Of a DNA stretch of 64,000 nt, positions 47,895 through 59,697 are shown piece by piece. Position numbers and translations under genes: made by a program. Below the pieces are notes generated by a model, which made no database searches, was not told the DNA's origin, and saw nothing but the letters and a program-made list of their open reading frames with translations. Positions within the stretch are counted from its first letter, which is position 1, and the number at the start of each line of letters is the position of its first letter. The stretch covers positions 124,248,001 through 124,312,000 of the forward strand of contig NC_086099.1 in NCBI RefSeq assembly GCF_963921235.1. The letters are read 5' to 3'. The stretch comes from Mobula hypostoma (Eukaryota).

Positions 47895-48688
47895 CTTCTT
47901 CTCCATCTCAGCTGCAATAAAATGATCTGTGCCCTTGTGAAAACTTCTATGGCAAACTACAAAGACCATCCTTGATAAACTATAAAAATGGCTGACTTTC
48001 AACAAAATGCACAACTGTTAACACCCCACAGTTCCCTTGTCAACTTAATGGCATTGAGGAAAGTGTATAAAAAGTGAATCCTGTTACAGAGGAAGTTTTA
48101 TTTAAGGACAGTTGATAACATATACATGTAAAGTTTGAGGTGATCTGTGGGTCAACTGGAAACTGGCTGAGGTGAAGAGGATGTTAGAATACCGGCGGCA
48201 GTGAGCTGATGCGGCATCGATGTCACCACCTCACGGGCTGCTGACATTTTTGTTAAGTGGTTTATCCTTGGGCTTCAACAGAGTGTGCCCAGCCTAATAA
48301 ACTGTGTAGTGAACCATCAGTAACCAGCGACTTAGTGCACATATGTGAAATTCCTCCGAACATTAGTCACTGTCCCTGAAGTCTCTGCTGCCACAGACAA
48401 GGTTCCTCTCAGGGAGTCTGATTTTCATGTTGGAACCCGATGAACTTCCTTGCTTGTTGAAGGGCCTCTAAAAAAGGATTTCTTCTGCAAATTTGCCCTT
48501 CTAACTCTTTGTGGGCTTCAATGGAATGGATAGCAGTGGAAGGTCTCTGTCGGATCGCCATTTATTTTCTGATCCATAGGGTTATCCCAGCGGTCAAAAA
48601 TAGCCAGTGGTCTTAATTCCAAGATTACATTTTATTTTAGAGTACAAACAAACAAACAAACACTAAACAAAGTAAACAAAGAGCTGAG

Positions 48689-49207
48689 AAACATAGAAAC
48701 ATAGAAACATAGAAAATAGGTGCAGGAGTAGGCCATTCAGCACTTCGAGCCTGCACCGCCATTTATTACGATCATGGCTGATCATCCAACTCAGAACCCC
48801 GCCCCAGCCTTCCCTCCATACCCCCTGACCCCTGTAGCCACAAGGGCCATAGCTAACTCCCTCTTAAACATAGCCAATGAACTGGCCTCAACAGTTTGCT
48901 GTGGCAGAGAATTCCACAGATTCACCACTCTCTGTGTGAAGAAGTTTTTCCTAATCTCGGTCCTAAAAGGCTTCCCCCCTATCCTCAAACTGTGGCCCCT
49001 CGTTTTGGACTTCCCCAACATCGGGAACAATCTTCCTGCATCTAGCCTGTCCAATCCCTTTAGGATCTTATACGTTTCAATCAGATCCCCCCTCAATCTT
49101 CTAAATTCCAATGAGTACAAGCCCAGTTCATCCAGTCTTTCTTCATATGAAAGTCCTGCCATCCCAGGAATCAATCTGGTGAACCTTCTTTGTACTCCCT
49201 CTATGGC
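48689..49207 (-). mobile_element. Young 5'-truncated CR1 LINE (copy 3 of 4)
   Basis: AIEGVQRRFTRLIPG...GGKAGAGF stop, (CATAGAAA)n tail on the + strand. Confidence 0.95.
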
Positions 49208-49560
49208 ATTTTCTAGGACATCAGTGATCATGATCTTTCCACGACCATGATTGTTCTTGGTAAAGTTTTCTACAGAAGTGGTTTGCCATTGCTGCCTTCT
49301 GGGCAGTGTCTTTACAAGATGGGTGACCCCAGCCATTATCAATACTCTTCAGAGACTGTCTGCCTGATATCAGTGGTCACATAACCAGGACTTGTGACCT
49401 GCACCAGCTGCTCATACGACCATCCACTATCAGCTTCCATGGCTTCATGTGACCCTGATCAGGGGGCTAAGCAGGTGCTACACCTCACCCAAGAATGACC
49501 TGCAGGCTAGCAGAGGGAAGGAGCACTTTACACCTCCTTTGGTAGAAACATATCCCCACT
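49208..49560 (-). mobile_element. SINE-like repeat with RTE-type 3' end
   Basis: Homologous to 20850-21110. The minus-strand end GGCAAACCACTTCTGTAG resembles RTE-derived tails. Confidence 0.7.
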
Positions 49561-49664
49561 CCACCTCTCATGTCTGACAAGTATATCATTTGAGGTTTGC
49601 TGTTATATGGCAGCATTGCAGTGGAAAGCATGCAATTTCTATACATTAATAGGGCAAAAGAAGA

Positions 49665-49942
49665 AATTATTTATTGAGATACAGTGCAGAATAGGCTCTT
49701 CTGGCCCTTTGAGTCACACCATCCAGCAATCCCCCGACTTAACCCTGGCATAACCATGCAACAATTTGCAATGACCAATTAACCTACCAACAGGTACATC
49801 TTTGGACTGTGGGAGGAAACCGGGGCACCCGGAGGAAACCCACGTAGTCACAGGGTGAATGTACACAATCCGTACAGGCAGCAGTGGGAGTTGAATCCGG
49901 GTTGCCTGTACTGTAAAGCGTTGGGCTAACCACTACACTACA
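49665..49942 (-). mobile_element. HE1-like V-SINE
   Basis: TGTGGGAGGAAACCGGGGCACCCGGAGGAAACCCACG core, GACCAATTAACC, tRNA-like head, CR1-like tail. Confidence 0.88.
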
Positions 49943-51045
49943 ATCAGGTATTATTGTTCATGAGTTTATAGACTGTTCAAACATCTCCTGATTATTTTTT
50001 GGTTTGGGTAGATGTTCTCCAAGAAACGCTGTTGCATAATGCAATATTTATTAGTGATATGCAAAAAGGGTCATTGGGAAAATGATCTGCCTGCTTAAAC
50101 TTTGAACCACCATTCTCCTCTGGCAAATGGTGAGGACTCCATCTTTACTGTGAAGCTAAACCTCCTTCAGGATCCTGACTGTGGCTTCTTGGCAACTGAA
50201 ACAGGCAAAGAAACGGGGTGTATTTAAGTTCAAAGCTATGTCTCAGCAAAGCTTTCTGACCGGCCCAACTCTGAACTTTGTGACAACAACCCTCCTGCAC
50301 TGAGTCTTCAACTTTATTCTCGCACTTAATCACGACCATGAACATCTGATTGAAACCTCCAAACCCACCCTACCCTTTTGCCACACTTTCATAAGCAAGC
50401 ACTTTACAAAAGAGGTTAACAGATCACAGGTCAGTTTTCTTCCTTTCTGACCCCAGAGTCTTTCACGATCTTTGAGCTAATTTGATCCTTCATCAGCTAG
50501 AGTCAGTGTTAAAAATGAGACCGTGTGTTAGCAAAGGTTCAGTGGTCTTTGCACGGGACTGGTCAAATCTTTGCCCTAGTTGGAATGCTTGGTTAAACTT
50601 GCCAAAGTGAACTCACATTTCAGTGATTAAGCAGATCAAACATGATCCTTGATTAAGTTTCACTGGCAATGAAGTTTACTGTCCAAGTCTGTCTCTGCTC
50701 TGCCAGCTGTGGTACAGGGTTTCTAAAATTGGAATTGGGTCATTAGCTTAAAATAGGAAAGGAAATACTGGGGGAACTCAATAGGTCAGACAGCATCATT
50801 TCAGCTGAAACAGTTAGCAGGCCTTTTGCACGGATTTCTCAAGATTTCTAGCATCTGCAGAATCTTTTGTGTCTATGATATTTTGTCAGATGGTAAAGAA
50901 GGAAGTTCAGCGATGGAGCAGGTCACCATTATCAAAGGTAATGGGCAGTCTGCTGATATCTCCTTTACATTAAAAACTCAGTGAACCAATGAAACAGCTT
51001 TTACTTCCTGCTCCATATTAATCTGATCTGGATGTGGCAGCTTGT

Positions 51046-51850
51046 TGTAATGTGAACTAAGTCACCAGAGAGACACTGAAGCTAACGGATACAGAAGTGT
51101 TTTATTCAACAGAAACACGCAGCAGGCGTCATACTGAGACCCTCTTGGGAGGAAGAGGCTTCCCAGCACAATATTACGTGACATTCTTTTTATATGCTAA
51201 AGGTAACAACAGGACAATTCTATAGTTACAATGTATCTACAATGCTTCCTTTAAATTACATATAGTTTTCACACACCTCCTTCTTTGCACTCACACTCCA
51301 GACACCCAAATGAATGTTAATCAGCATTGTTTGGTTTGCCATCAACTGGTGTCCACAGCTCCAGGAAACTATTGCTCCAGGCTGTATTTTAAATTCAATC
51401 TACAATCTATGTTCATGTCTGAAGATTGGTTGACGGTGAAATTAATACTTGCTATATACTCTAGCTCCAGAATATGCCCGAACACAGCCCAGCACACTAG
51501 GGGTTCCACACCTTGAAGACCAACAACAAGGTCTGGGTGGAGATTGGACCTGCTGGTATAATGAAGAGGAGCCTATCACCGAAAAGCAACTGAGAAATTT
51601 AATCTTCCACTCGGACACCTCTCCAGGTGCCTGACCATGATGATAATTCTCACCTGGTCCAGGTGCCGTCTTATTCCATGAAGACTGCGCCTAGTGGACT
51701 GGAGAGGAACTGCAGCCAGGACTGTTCTGAACTGAAAAGGCTGGCTGCACTCCAAACAGTCAATAAAACTCCATCGTATCAGCTGCAAACACAGGCAACC
51801 ACTCCCCAAATGCACAGCTCATTAGCTATCAAAGCTGTCACAGTATATTG
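51046..51850 (-). mobile_element. Decayed Gypsy 3' portion: LTR (about 51046-51404) plus integrase C-terminal remnant
   Basis: TGT...ACA-bounded segment with AATAAA on the minus strand. The adjacent frame HGIRRHLDQVR resembles the Gypsy integrase C-terminal RRHxDQ motif. Confidence 0.6.
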
Positions 51851-52560
51851 AATGTATGCAATATCTGACACATTTGCAAACTTTCAAAGGTGTCTGGGGA
51901 AGTATTAAACCACCAAACAAATGTTTAATTAACTGTATAAAATTAGATAAATCAGAAAAAAAGGTCTAGTCATTCTTCAGGCAGGACCCATTCTACCGAC
52001 TTACTCCAATGAAACCAGCATTTTCCGCGTAGGATAACCTGGGAGAGGATTGCTGAGGAAGTCTGTGGAACTTCAAGTGTCCCAGGAGCAGCAGCACTTG
52101 ACTGGAATCCTGAACTTCTGCTCAGTTATCAGATTATTATCTGGATCTGCCATATGTATATCAATATATCAGTCTGATGTTAAAGCTTTACTAAAGTGTA
52201 TGTGCACAGAGCAACAGGATGAGAATAAGACATTGGACAAAATATTTGCTCACACAGCTTCTAAAAACAGTGCCGTGTGGTTGAAATTCGAGTTAAGCCA
52301 GGCGAGAGCAGTTAGTATACATTGAGAAATTAATTTCAACACATTTTGGCAGTATTATTCTTTTATTAGTATTATTTTCCAGGTATCAAAATATCCTCAG
52401 CGATGCCAGTTAAAGTGTGGTAGTTGCCCATCATGTCCGATGATGACAGAAACCTGTTCTGCAAACAACAGGAATTCTGCAGATGCTGGAAATTCAAGCA
52501 ACACACATCAAAGTTGCTGGTGAACGCAGCAGGCCAGGCAGCATCTCTAGGAAGAGGTAC

Positions 52561-52596
52561 AGTCGATGTTTCAGGCCGAGACCCTTCGTCAGGACT
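52561..52596 (-). ncRNA. Minimal hammerhead ribozyme motif, stem III CG changed to CA
   Basis: Minus strand AGTC-CTGACGA-AGG-GTCTCGG-CCT-GAAA-CA-TC-GACT. Confidence 0.6.
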
Positions 52597-52929
52597 AACT
52601 GAAGGAAGAGTGAGTAAGGGATTTGAAAGTTGGAGGGGGAGGGGGAGATCCAAAATGATAGAAGAAGACAGGAGGGGGAGGGATGGAGCCAAGAGCTGGA
52701 CAGGTGATAGGCAAAAGGGGATACGAGAGGATCATGGGACAGGAGGTCCGGGAAGAAAGACAAGGGGGGGGGGACCCAGAGGATGGGCAAAAGGTATATT
52801 CAGAGGGACAGAGGGAGAAAAAGGAGAGTGAGAGAAAGAATGTGTGCATAAAAATAAGTAACAGATGGGGTACGAGGGGGAGGTGGGGCCTTAGCGGAAG
52901 TTAGAGAAGTCGATGTTCATGCCATCAGG

Positions 52930-53184
52930 TTAGAGGCTACCCAGACGGAATATAAGGAGTTGTTCCTCCAACCTGAGTGTGGCTTCATCTTTACAGTAGA
53001 GGAGGCCGTGGATAGACATGTCAGAATGGGAATGGGATGTGGAATTAAAATGTGTGGCCACCGGGAGATCCTGCTTTCTCTGGCGGACAGAGCGTAGATG
53101 TTCAGCAAAGCGGTCTCCCAGTCTGCGTCGGGTCTCGCCAATATATAAAAGGCCACATCGGGAGCACTGGACGCAGTATATCAC
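52930..53184 (-). pseudogene. Inverted second copy of the Penelope GIY-YIG domain
   Basis: IYCVQCSRCGLLYIGETRRRLGDRFAEHL..., near-identical to 53511-53798. Confidence 0.88.
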
Positions 53185-53510
53185 CCCATCGACTCACAGG
53201 TGAAGTTTTGCCTCACCTGGAAGGACTGTTTGGGGCCCCGAATGGTGGTAAGGGAGGAAGTGTAAGGGCATGTGTAGCACTTGTTCCGCTTACACGGATA
53301 AGTGCCAGGAGGGAGATCAGTGGGGAGGGATGGGGGGGACGAATGGACAAGGGAGTTGCGTAGGGAGCGATCTTCCACCACCTCCAACGGGATCCCACCA
53401 CTAAGCACATCTTTCCCTCCCCCGCCTCTCTGCATTCTGCAGGGATCGCTCCCTACGCAACTTACACTTCCTCCCTTACCACCGTTCAGGGCCCCAAACA
53501 GTCCTTCCAG

Positions 53511-53798
53511 GTGAGGCAACACTTCACCTGTGAGTCGACTGGGGTGATATACTGCGTCCGGTGCTCCCAATGTGGCCTTTTATATATTGGCGAGACCCGA
53601 CGCAGACTGGGAGACCGCTTTGCTGAACATCTACGCTCTGTCCGCCAGAGAAAGCAGGATCTCCCGGTGGCCACACATTTTAATTCCACATCCCATTCCC
53701 ATTCTGACATGTCTATCCACGGCCTCCTCTACTGTAAAGATGAAGCCACACTCAGGTTGGAGGAACAACACCTTATATTCCGTCTGGGTAGCCTCTAA
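53511..53798 (+). pseudogene. Penelope GIY-YIG endonuclease domain (5'-truncated ORF)
   Basis: FTCESTGVIYCVRCSQCGLLYIGETRRRLGDRFAEHL...LRLEEQHLIFRLGSL, premature TAA. Confidence 0.9.
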
Positions 53799-54130
53799 CC
53801 TGATGGCATGAACATCGACTTCTCTAACTTCCGCTAAGGTCCCACCTCCCCCTCGTACCCCATCTGTTACTTAGTTTTATGCACACATTCTTTCTCTCAC
53901 TCTCCTTTTTCTCCCTCTGTCCCTCTGAATATACCTTTTGCCCGTCCTCTGGGTCCCCCCCCCTTGTCTTTCTTCCCGGACCTCCTGTCCCATGATCCTC
54001 TCGTATCCCCTTTTGCCTATCACCTGTCCAGCTCTTGGCTCTATCCCTCCCCCTCCTGTCTTCTCCTATCATTTTGGATCTCCCCCTCCCCCTCCAACTT
54101 TCAAATCCCTTACTCACTCTTCCTTCAGTT

Positions 54131-54166
54131 AGTCCTGACGAAGGGTCTCGGCCTGAAACGTCGACT
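54131..54166 (+). ncRNA. Intact minimal type I hammerhead ribozyme motif (predicted cleavage after C54162)
   Basis: Stem I AGTC/GACT, core CTGACGA, stem II AGG/CCT, GAAA, palindromic ACGT as stem III, GUC triplet. Confidence 0.8.
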
Positions 54167-54340
54167 GCACCTCTTCCTAGAGATGCTGCCTGGCCTGCTG
54201 CGTTCACCAGCAACTTTGATGTGAGAAACCTGTGCTGCACAGTTTTTAAAGTGGAAAAGCAGTTGAACTGGAGCATTCCGCTCTCCTCACTTCAGAAGTC
54301 CGGGTCCAGTAGTCCGAACAAACATCACAAACTAGGATCT

Positions 54341-54700
54341 TCCTTGGTTGCAGTGGATGACCATGATGTCTTCTGTTCCTTGTTATGCGCTTCACTCTCC
54401 AGGGAGCATTGCAGAGCCGCCTTCCTGCATTGGAGCTCACTGTAGATCCAGTCCACCCAGTCTGCCAGAGCTGGCTTTGCACCGGGGTACGACACTGCCA
54501 GCTACCCCTACCTGGTCTATCCCATCTGTCGAAGCAGTGTGCTGGGGTGTGGCCGCTGTCGCACGCAAACAGCTACTTGGAGCCACAGGTGAGGGCTGGT
54601 ATCCGGTAGGGACCAAAGGTGAGTGAGCTGCCCCAGAAAGGACACGACGAGCCCCTTCACCAGAGGTTTACCCTTGCCTGGACGCCCCATACACCCCACA
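54341..54700 (-). mobile_element. RTE 5'-leader-derived non-autonomous repeat
   Basis: Minus strand CTCACCTGTGGCTCC...CAGCGGCCACACCCC...GGTCATCCACTGCA resembles RTE-1-type 5' UTRs as I recall them; not verified by alignment. Confidence 0.55.
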
Positions 54701-57700
54701 GTTGTAGTACCATACGGAAAATTCACCTGTAGTGAGATTTTCAATCTTGCTTGTCTGAAGTACGGTTCTTAGTCACAGAATAACCAATTACATATCTCCA
54801 GCTGTTTAATGATCAACTCTCAGACCACAAATTTTATAGACATAGAACATAGAACATAGAACAGTACAGCACAGAACAAGCCCTTTGGCCCACAATGTAG
54901 TGCTGACCCTTAAACCCTGCCTCCCATATAACCCCCACCTTAAATTCCTCCATATACCTGTCGAGTAGTCTCTTAAATTTCACTAGTGTATCTGCCTCCA
55001 CCACTGACTCAGGCAGTGCATTCCACACACCAACCACTCTCTGAGTAAAAAACCTTCCTCTAATATCCCCCTTGAACTTCCCACCCCTTACCTTAAAGCT
55101 ATGTCCTCTTGTATTGAGCAGTGGTGCCCTGGGGAAGAGGCACTGGCTGTCCACTCTATCTATTCCTTTTAATATCTTGTATACCTCGATCACGTCTCTT
55201 CTCATCCTCCTCCTCTCCAGAGAATAAAGCCCTAGCTCCCTTAATCTCTGATCATAATCCATACTCTCTAAACCAGGCAGCATCCTGGTAAATCTCCTCT
55301 GTACCCTTTCCAATGCTTCCACGTCCTTCCTATAGTGAGGTGATCAGATCTGGACACAGTACTCCAAGTGTGGCCTAACCAGAGTTTTGCAGAGCTGAAA
55401 CATTACCCCACGACTCTTAAACTCTATCCCTCGACTTATGAAAGCTACACTCCATAAGCTTTCTTAACTACCCTATCCACCTGTGAGGCAACTTTCAGGG
55501 ATCTGTAGACATGTACCCCCAGATCCCTCTGCTCCTCCACACTACCAAGTATCCTGCCATTTACTTTGTACTCTGCCTTGTAGTTTGTCCTTCCAAAGTG
55601 TATCACCTCACACTTCTCCGGGTTGAACTCAATCTGCCACTTCTCAGCCCACTTCTGCATCCTATTAATGTCCCTCTGCAATCTATGACAATCCTCTACA
55701 CTATCTACAACGCCGCCAACCTTTGTGTCGTCTGCAAACTTGCCAACCCACCCTTCTACTCCAACATCCAGGTTGTTAATAAAAATCACGAAAAGTAGAG
55801 ATCCCAGACCTAATCCTTGTGGGACACCACTAGTCACAATCCTCCAATCCAAATGTACTCCCTCCACCACAACCCTCTGCTTTCTGCAGGCAAGCCAATT
55901 CTGAATCCACCTGGCCAAACTCCCCTGGATCCCATGCCTTCTGACATTCTGAATAAGCCTACCATGTGGAACTTTGTCAAATGCCTTACTAAAATCCATG
56001 TAGATCACATCTACTGCACTACCCTCATCTATATGCCTGGTCACCTCCTCAAAGAACTCTGTCAGGCTTGTTAGACATGATCTGCTCTTCATAAAGCCAT
56101 GTTGACTGTCCCTGATCAGACCATGATTCTCTAAATGCCCATAGATCCTATCTCTAAGAATCTTTTCCAACAGCTTTCCCACCACATTGGTAAGGCTTAC
56201 TGGTCTATAATCACACGGACTATCCCTACTACCTTTTTTGAACAAGGGGACAACATTCGCCTCCCTCCAATCCTCCGGTACCATTCCCGTGGACAATGAG
56301 GACATAAAGATCCTAGCCAGAGGCTCAGCAATCTCTTACCTCGCCTCGTGGAGCTGCCTGGGGAATATTCCGTCAGGCGCCGGGGACTTATCCGCCCTAA
56401 TGTATCTTAACAACTCTAACACTTCCTCTCCCTTAAAATCAACATGCTCCAGAACATCAACCTTCTTCATATTGTCCTCACCGTCATCAAGGTCCCTCTC
56501 ATTGGTGAATACCGAAGAGAAGCATTCATTGAGGACCTCGCTCACTTCCACAGCCTCCAGGCACATCTTCCCAGTGTTATCTCTAATCGGTCCTATCTTC
56601 ACTCCTGTCATCCTTTTGTTCTTCACATAATTGAAGAATGCCTTGAAGTTTTCTTTTACCCTTCTTGCCCTTCTCAGCCCTTTCTTAAGCTCCTTTCTTG
56701 CTGCCCTATATTCCTCAATAGACCCATCTGATCCTTGCTTCCTAAACCTTTTGTATGCTGCCTTCTTCCACCTGACTAAATTCTTCACCTCACTTGTCAC
56801 CCATGGTTCCTTCACTCTACCATTCCTTATCTTCCTCACCAGGACAAATTTATCCCTGACATCCTGAAAGAGATCTCTAAACATCGACCACATGTCCATA
56901 GCACATTTCCCTGCAAAAACATCATCCCAATTCACACCCGCAAGTTCTAGCCTTATAGCCTCATAATTTGCCCTTCCCCGATTAAAAATTTTCCTGTCCT
57001 CTCTGATTCTATCCTTTTCCATGATAGTGTTAAAGGCCAGGGTGGTCACTGTCTCCCAGATGCTCACCCACTGAGAGATATCTGACCTGACCCGGTTCAT
57101 TACCTAGTACTAGATCTAGTATGGCATTCCCCCAGTCGGCCTGTCAACATACTGTGACAGGAATCTGTCCTGGACACACTTAACAAACTCTGCCCCATCT
57201 AAACCCTTGGAACTAATCAGGTACCAATCAATGTTAGGGAAGTTAAAGTCACCCATGATAACAACACTGTTATTTTTGCACCTTTCCAAAATCTGCCTCC
57301 CAATCTGCTCCTTGGTATCTCTGCTGCTACCAGAGGGCCTATAGAATACTCCCAAAAGAGTAACTGCTGCCTTTCTGTTCCTGACTTCCACCCATACTGA
57401 CTCAAAAGAGGATCCTGCTACATTACCCACCCTTTCTGCAGTTGTAATAGTGTCCCTGACCAGTAATGCCACCCCTCCTCCCCTTTCTCCCCCCTCTCTA
57501 TCCCTTTTAAAGCACTGAAATCCAGGAATATTGAGAATCCATTCCTGCCCTGGTTCCAGCCAAGTCTCTGTAATGGCCACTACATCATAATTCCATGTAT
57601 GTATCCAAGCTCTCAGTTCATCACCTTTGTTCCTGATGCTTCTTGCATTGAAGTACACACACTTTAGCCCTTCTACCTTACTACCTTTACACCCTTTATT

Positions 57701-58513
57701 CTGTTTCTCTTTCCTCAAAGCCTCTTTATATGTTAGATCTGGCTTTATTCCATGCACTATTCTTACAGTTCTCGCATGACCTTTATCCTCCTCCACCTCA
57801 CTATCTGCTCTGACACTCTGGTTCCACTCTCCCTGCAAATCCACTTTAAACCCCCCGGAGCAGCACCAGCAAACCTTCCCGCAAGGATGTTAGTCCCCCT
57901 CCAGTTCCCTGGAACAAGGTCCAATTGTTCAGAAACATGAAGCCCTCCCTCCTGCACCAGCTCCTTAGCCACGTATTTAGCTGCATTATCTTCCTATTTC
58001 TAGCCTCACTAGCACGTGGCATGGGTAGCAATCCTGAGATTGCAACCCTGGAGGTCCTGTCCTTCAACTTTGCACATAACTCCTTAAATTCTGTTTGCAG
58101 GACCTCCTCCTCCTTTCTATCCACGTCATTGGTCCCTACATGGACCACGACATCTGGCTGCTCACCCTCCCTCTTGAGAATACTGAGAACTCGATCCGAG
58201 ATATCACGAACCCTGGCACCAGGGAGGCAACAGACCATCCGGGATTCTCGATCACTTCCACAGAACCTCTTATCTTTCCCCCTAACTATCGAATCCCCTA
58301 TCACTACTGCTTTCTTCTTTTCCCTCCTTCCCTTCTGAGCTGAGGGTCCAGTCTCGGTGCCAGAGACGCAACCACTGCAACTAGTCCCTGGTAGATCATC
58401 GCCACCAACAGGAACCAAAATGGTATACTTATTATTGATGGGAATGGCCACAGGGGTGCTCTGCTCATTCTGTCTATTCCCCTTCCCTCTCCTGACAGTC
58501 ACCCAGCTACCTG

Positions 58514-59289
58514 ATTATTCAGATTATTATCTGAATGGTGGCCGATTAGGAAAAGGGGAGGTGCAACGAGACCTGGGTGTCATTATACACCAGTCATTGA
58601 AAGTGGGCATGCAGGTACAGCAGGCGGTGAAAAAGGCGAATGGTATGCTGGCATTTATAGCGAGAGGATTCGAGTACAGGAGCAGGGAGGTACTACTGCA
58701 GTTGTACAAGGCCTTGGTGAGACCACACCTGGAGTATTGTGTGCAGTTTTGGTCCCCTAATCTGAGGAAAGACATCTTTGCCATAGAGGGAGTACAAAGA
58801 AGGTTCACCAGATTGATTCCTGGGATGGCAGGACTTTCATATGAAGAAAGACTGGATGAACTGGGCTTGTACTCGTTGGAATTTAGAAGATTGAGGGGGG
58901 ATCTGATTGAAACGTATAAGATCCTAAAGGGATTGGACAGGCTAGATGCAGGAAGATTGTCCCTGATGTTGGGGAAGTCCAGAACGAGGGGTCACAGTTT
59001 GAGGATAGAGGGGATGCCTTTTAGGACCGAGATTAGGAAAAACTTCTTCACACAGAGAGTGGTAAATCTGTGGAATTCTCTGCCACAGCAAACTGTTGAG
59101 GCCAGTTCATTGGCTATGTTTAAGAGGGAGTTAGCTATGGCCCTTGTGGCTACAGGGGTCAGGGGGTATGGAGGGAAGGCTGGGGCGGGGTTCTGAGTTG
59201 GATGATCAGCCATGATCATAATAAATGGCGATGCAGGCTCGAAGGGCCGAATGGCCTACTCCTGCACCTATTTTCTATGTTTTCTATGT
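58514..59289 (+). mobile_element. Young 5'-truncated CR1 LINE (copy 4 of 4) with 6-bp TSD
   Basis: DYYLNGGRLG...GGKAGAGF stop, TTTCTATG tail. TSD TACCTG at 58508-58513 and 59290-59295. Inserted antisense into ORF1 of the older CR1. Confidence 0.95.
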
Positions 59290-59697
59290 TACCTGCCTCC
59301 TGACTTTTAGGGGTGACTATCTCCCTGAAACTCCTGTCTATTTCTGCCTCTGCCTCACCAATGATCCGAAGTTCATCCAGCTCCAGCTCCAGTTCCCTAA
59401 CACGGTTTGTCAGGAGCTGCAGCTGGATGCACCTTTTACAGGTGTAGTCATCAGGGACAATTGTGCTGTCCCTGACTTCCCACATACAGCATACGGAGCA
59501 CTCGACTGCCCTAACTGCTGCCTCCATTACCTACTCCTAAGTTAATTAGATTAATTAAAGGAGCTTACCCGACCTTACCTCACTGGGAGCAGGCTCGTCC
59601 TCAGCCTCTGCTCACCGAAGCCCCTCGAGACAAAGCCTTCCTACTCTGTCTCCCACTACTCCATCAGCCGCTGCAATGTCACCCGCTCCGTTAATCT

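Larger units (their letters stand above)
52464..54223. mobile_element. Penelope-like element, head-to-head inverted insertion (about 1.76 kb)
   Basis: Left arm minus (52464-53370), right arm plus (53371-54223), both with GIY-YIG. TSD AGAAACCTGT(T/G)CTGCA at 52448-52463 and 54224-54239 (15/16 identical). Confidence 0.95.

Noticed and set aside
52330-54330. An exon interrupted by the Penelope insertion (acceptor-like TTATTTTCCAG at about 52372-52382; rejoined frames such as MLQFNCF...IPGK)
   Set aside because: After removing the insert all frames are short or stop-containing and match nothing known to me.
54560-54690. HDV-like ribozyme in the RTE-leader-derived repeat
   Set aside because: Partial P1-like pairings exist (GGGGCT with GGTCCC or GGCTCC), but I could not assign P1.1, L3 and J4/2 consistently.
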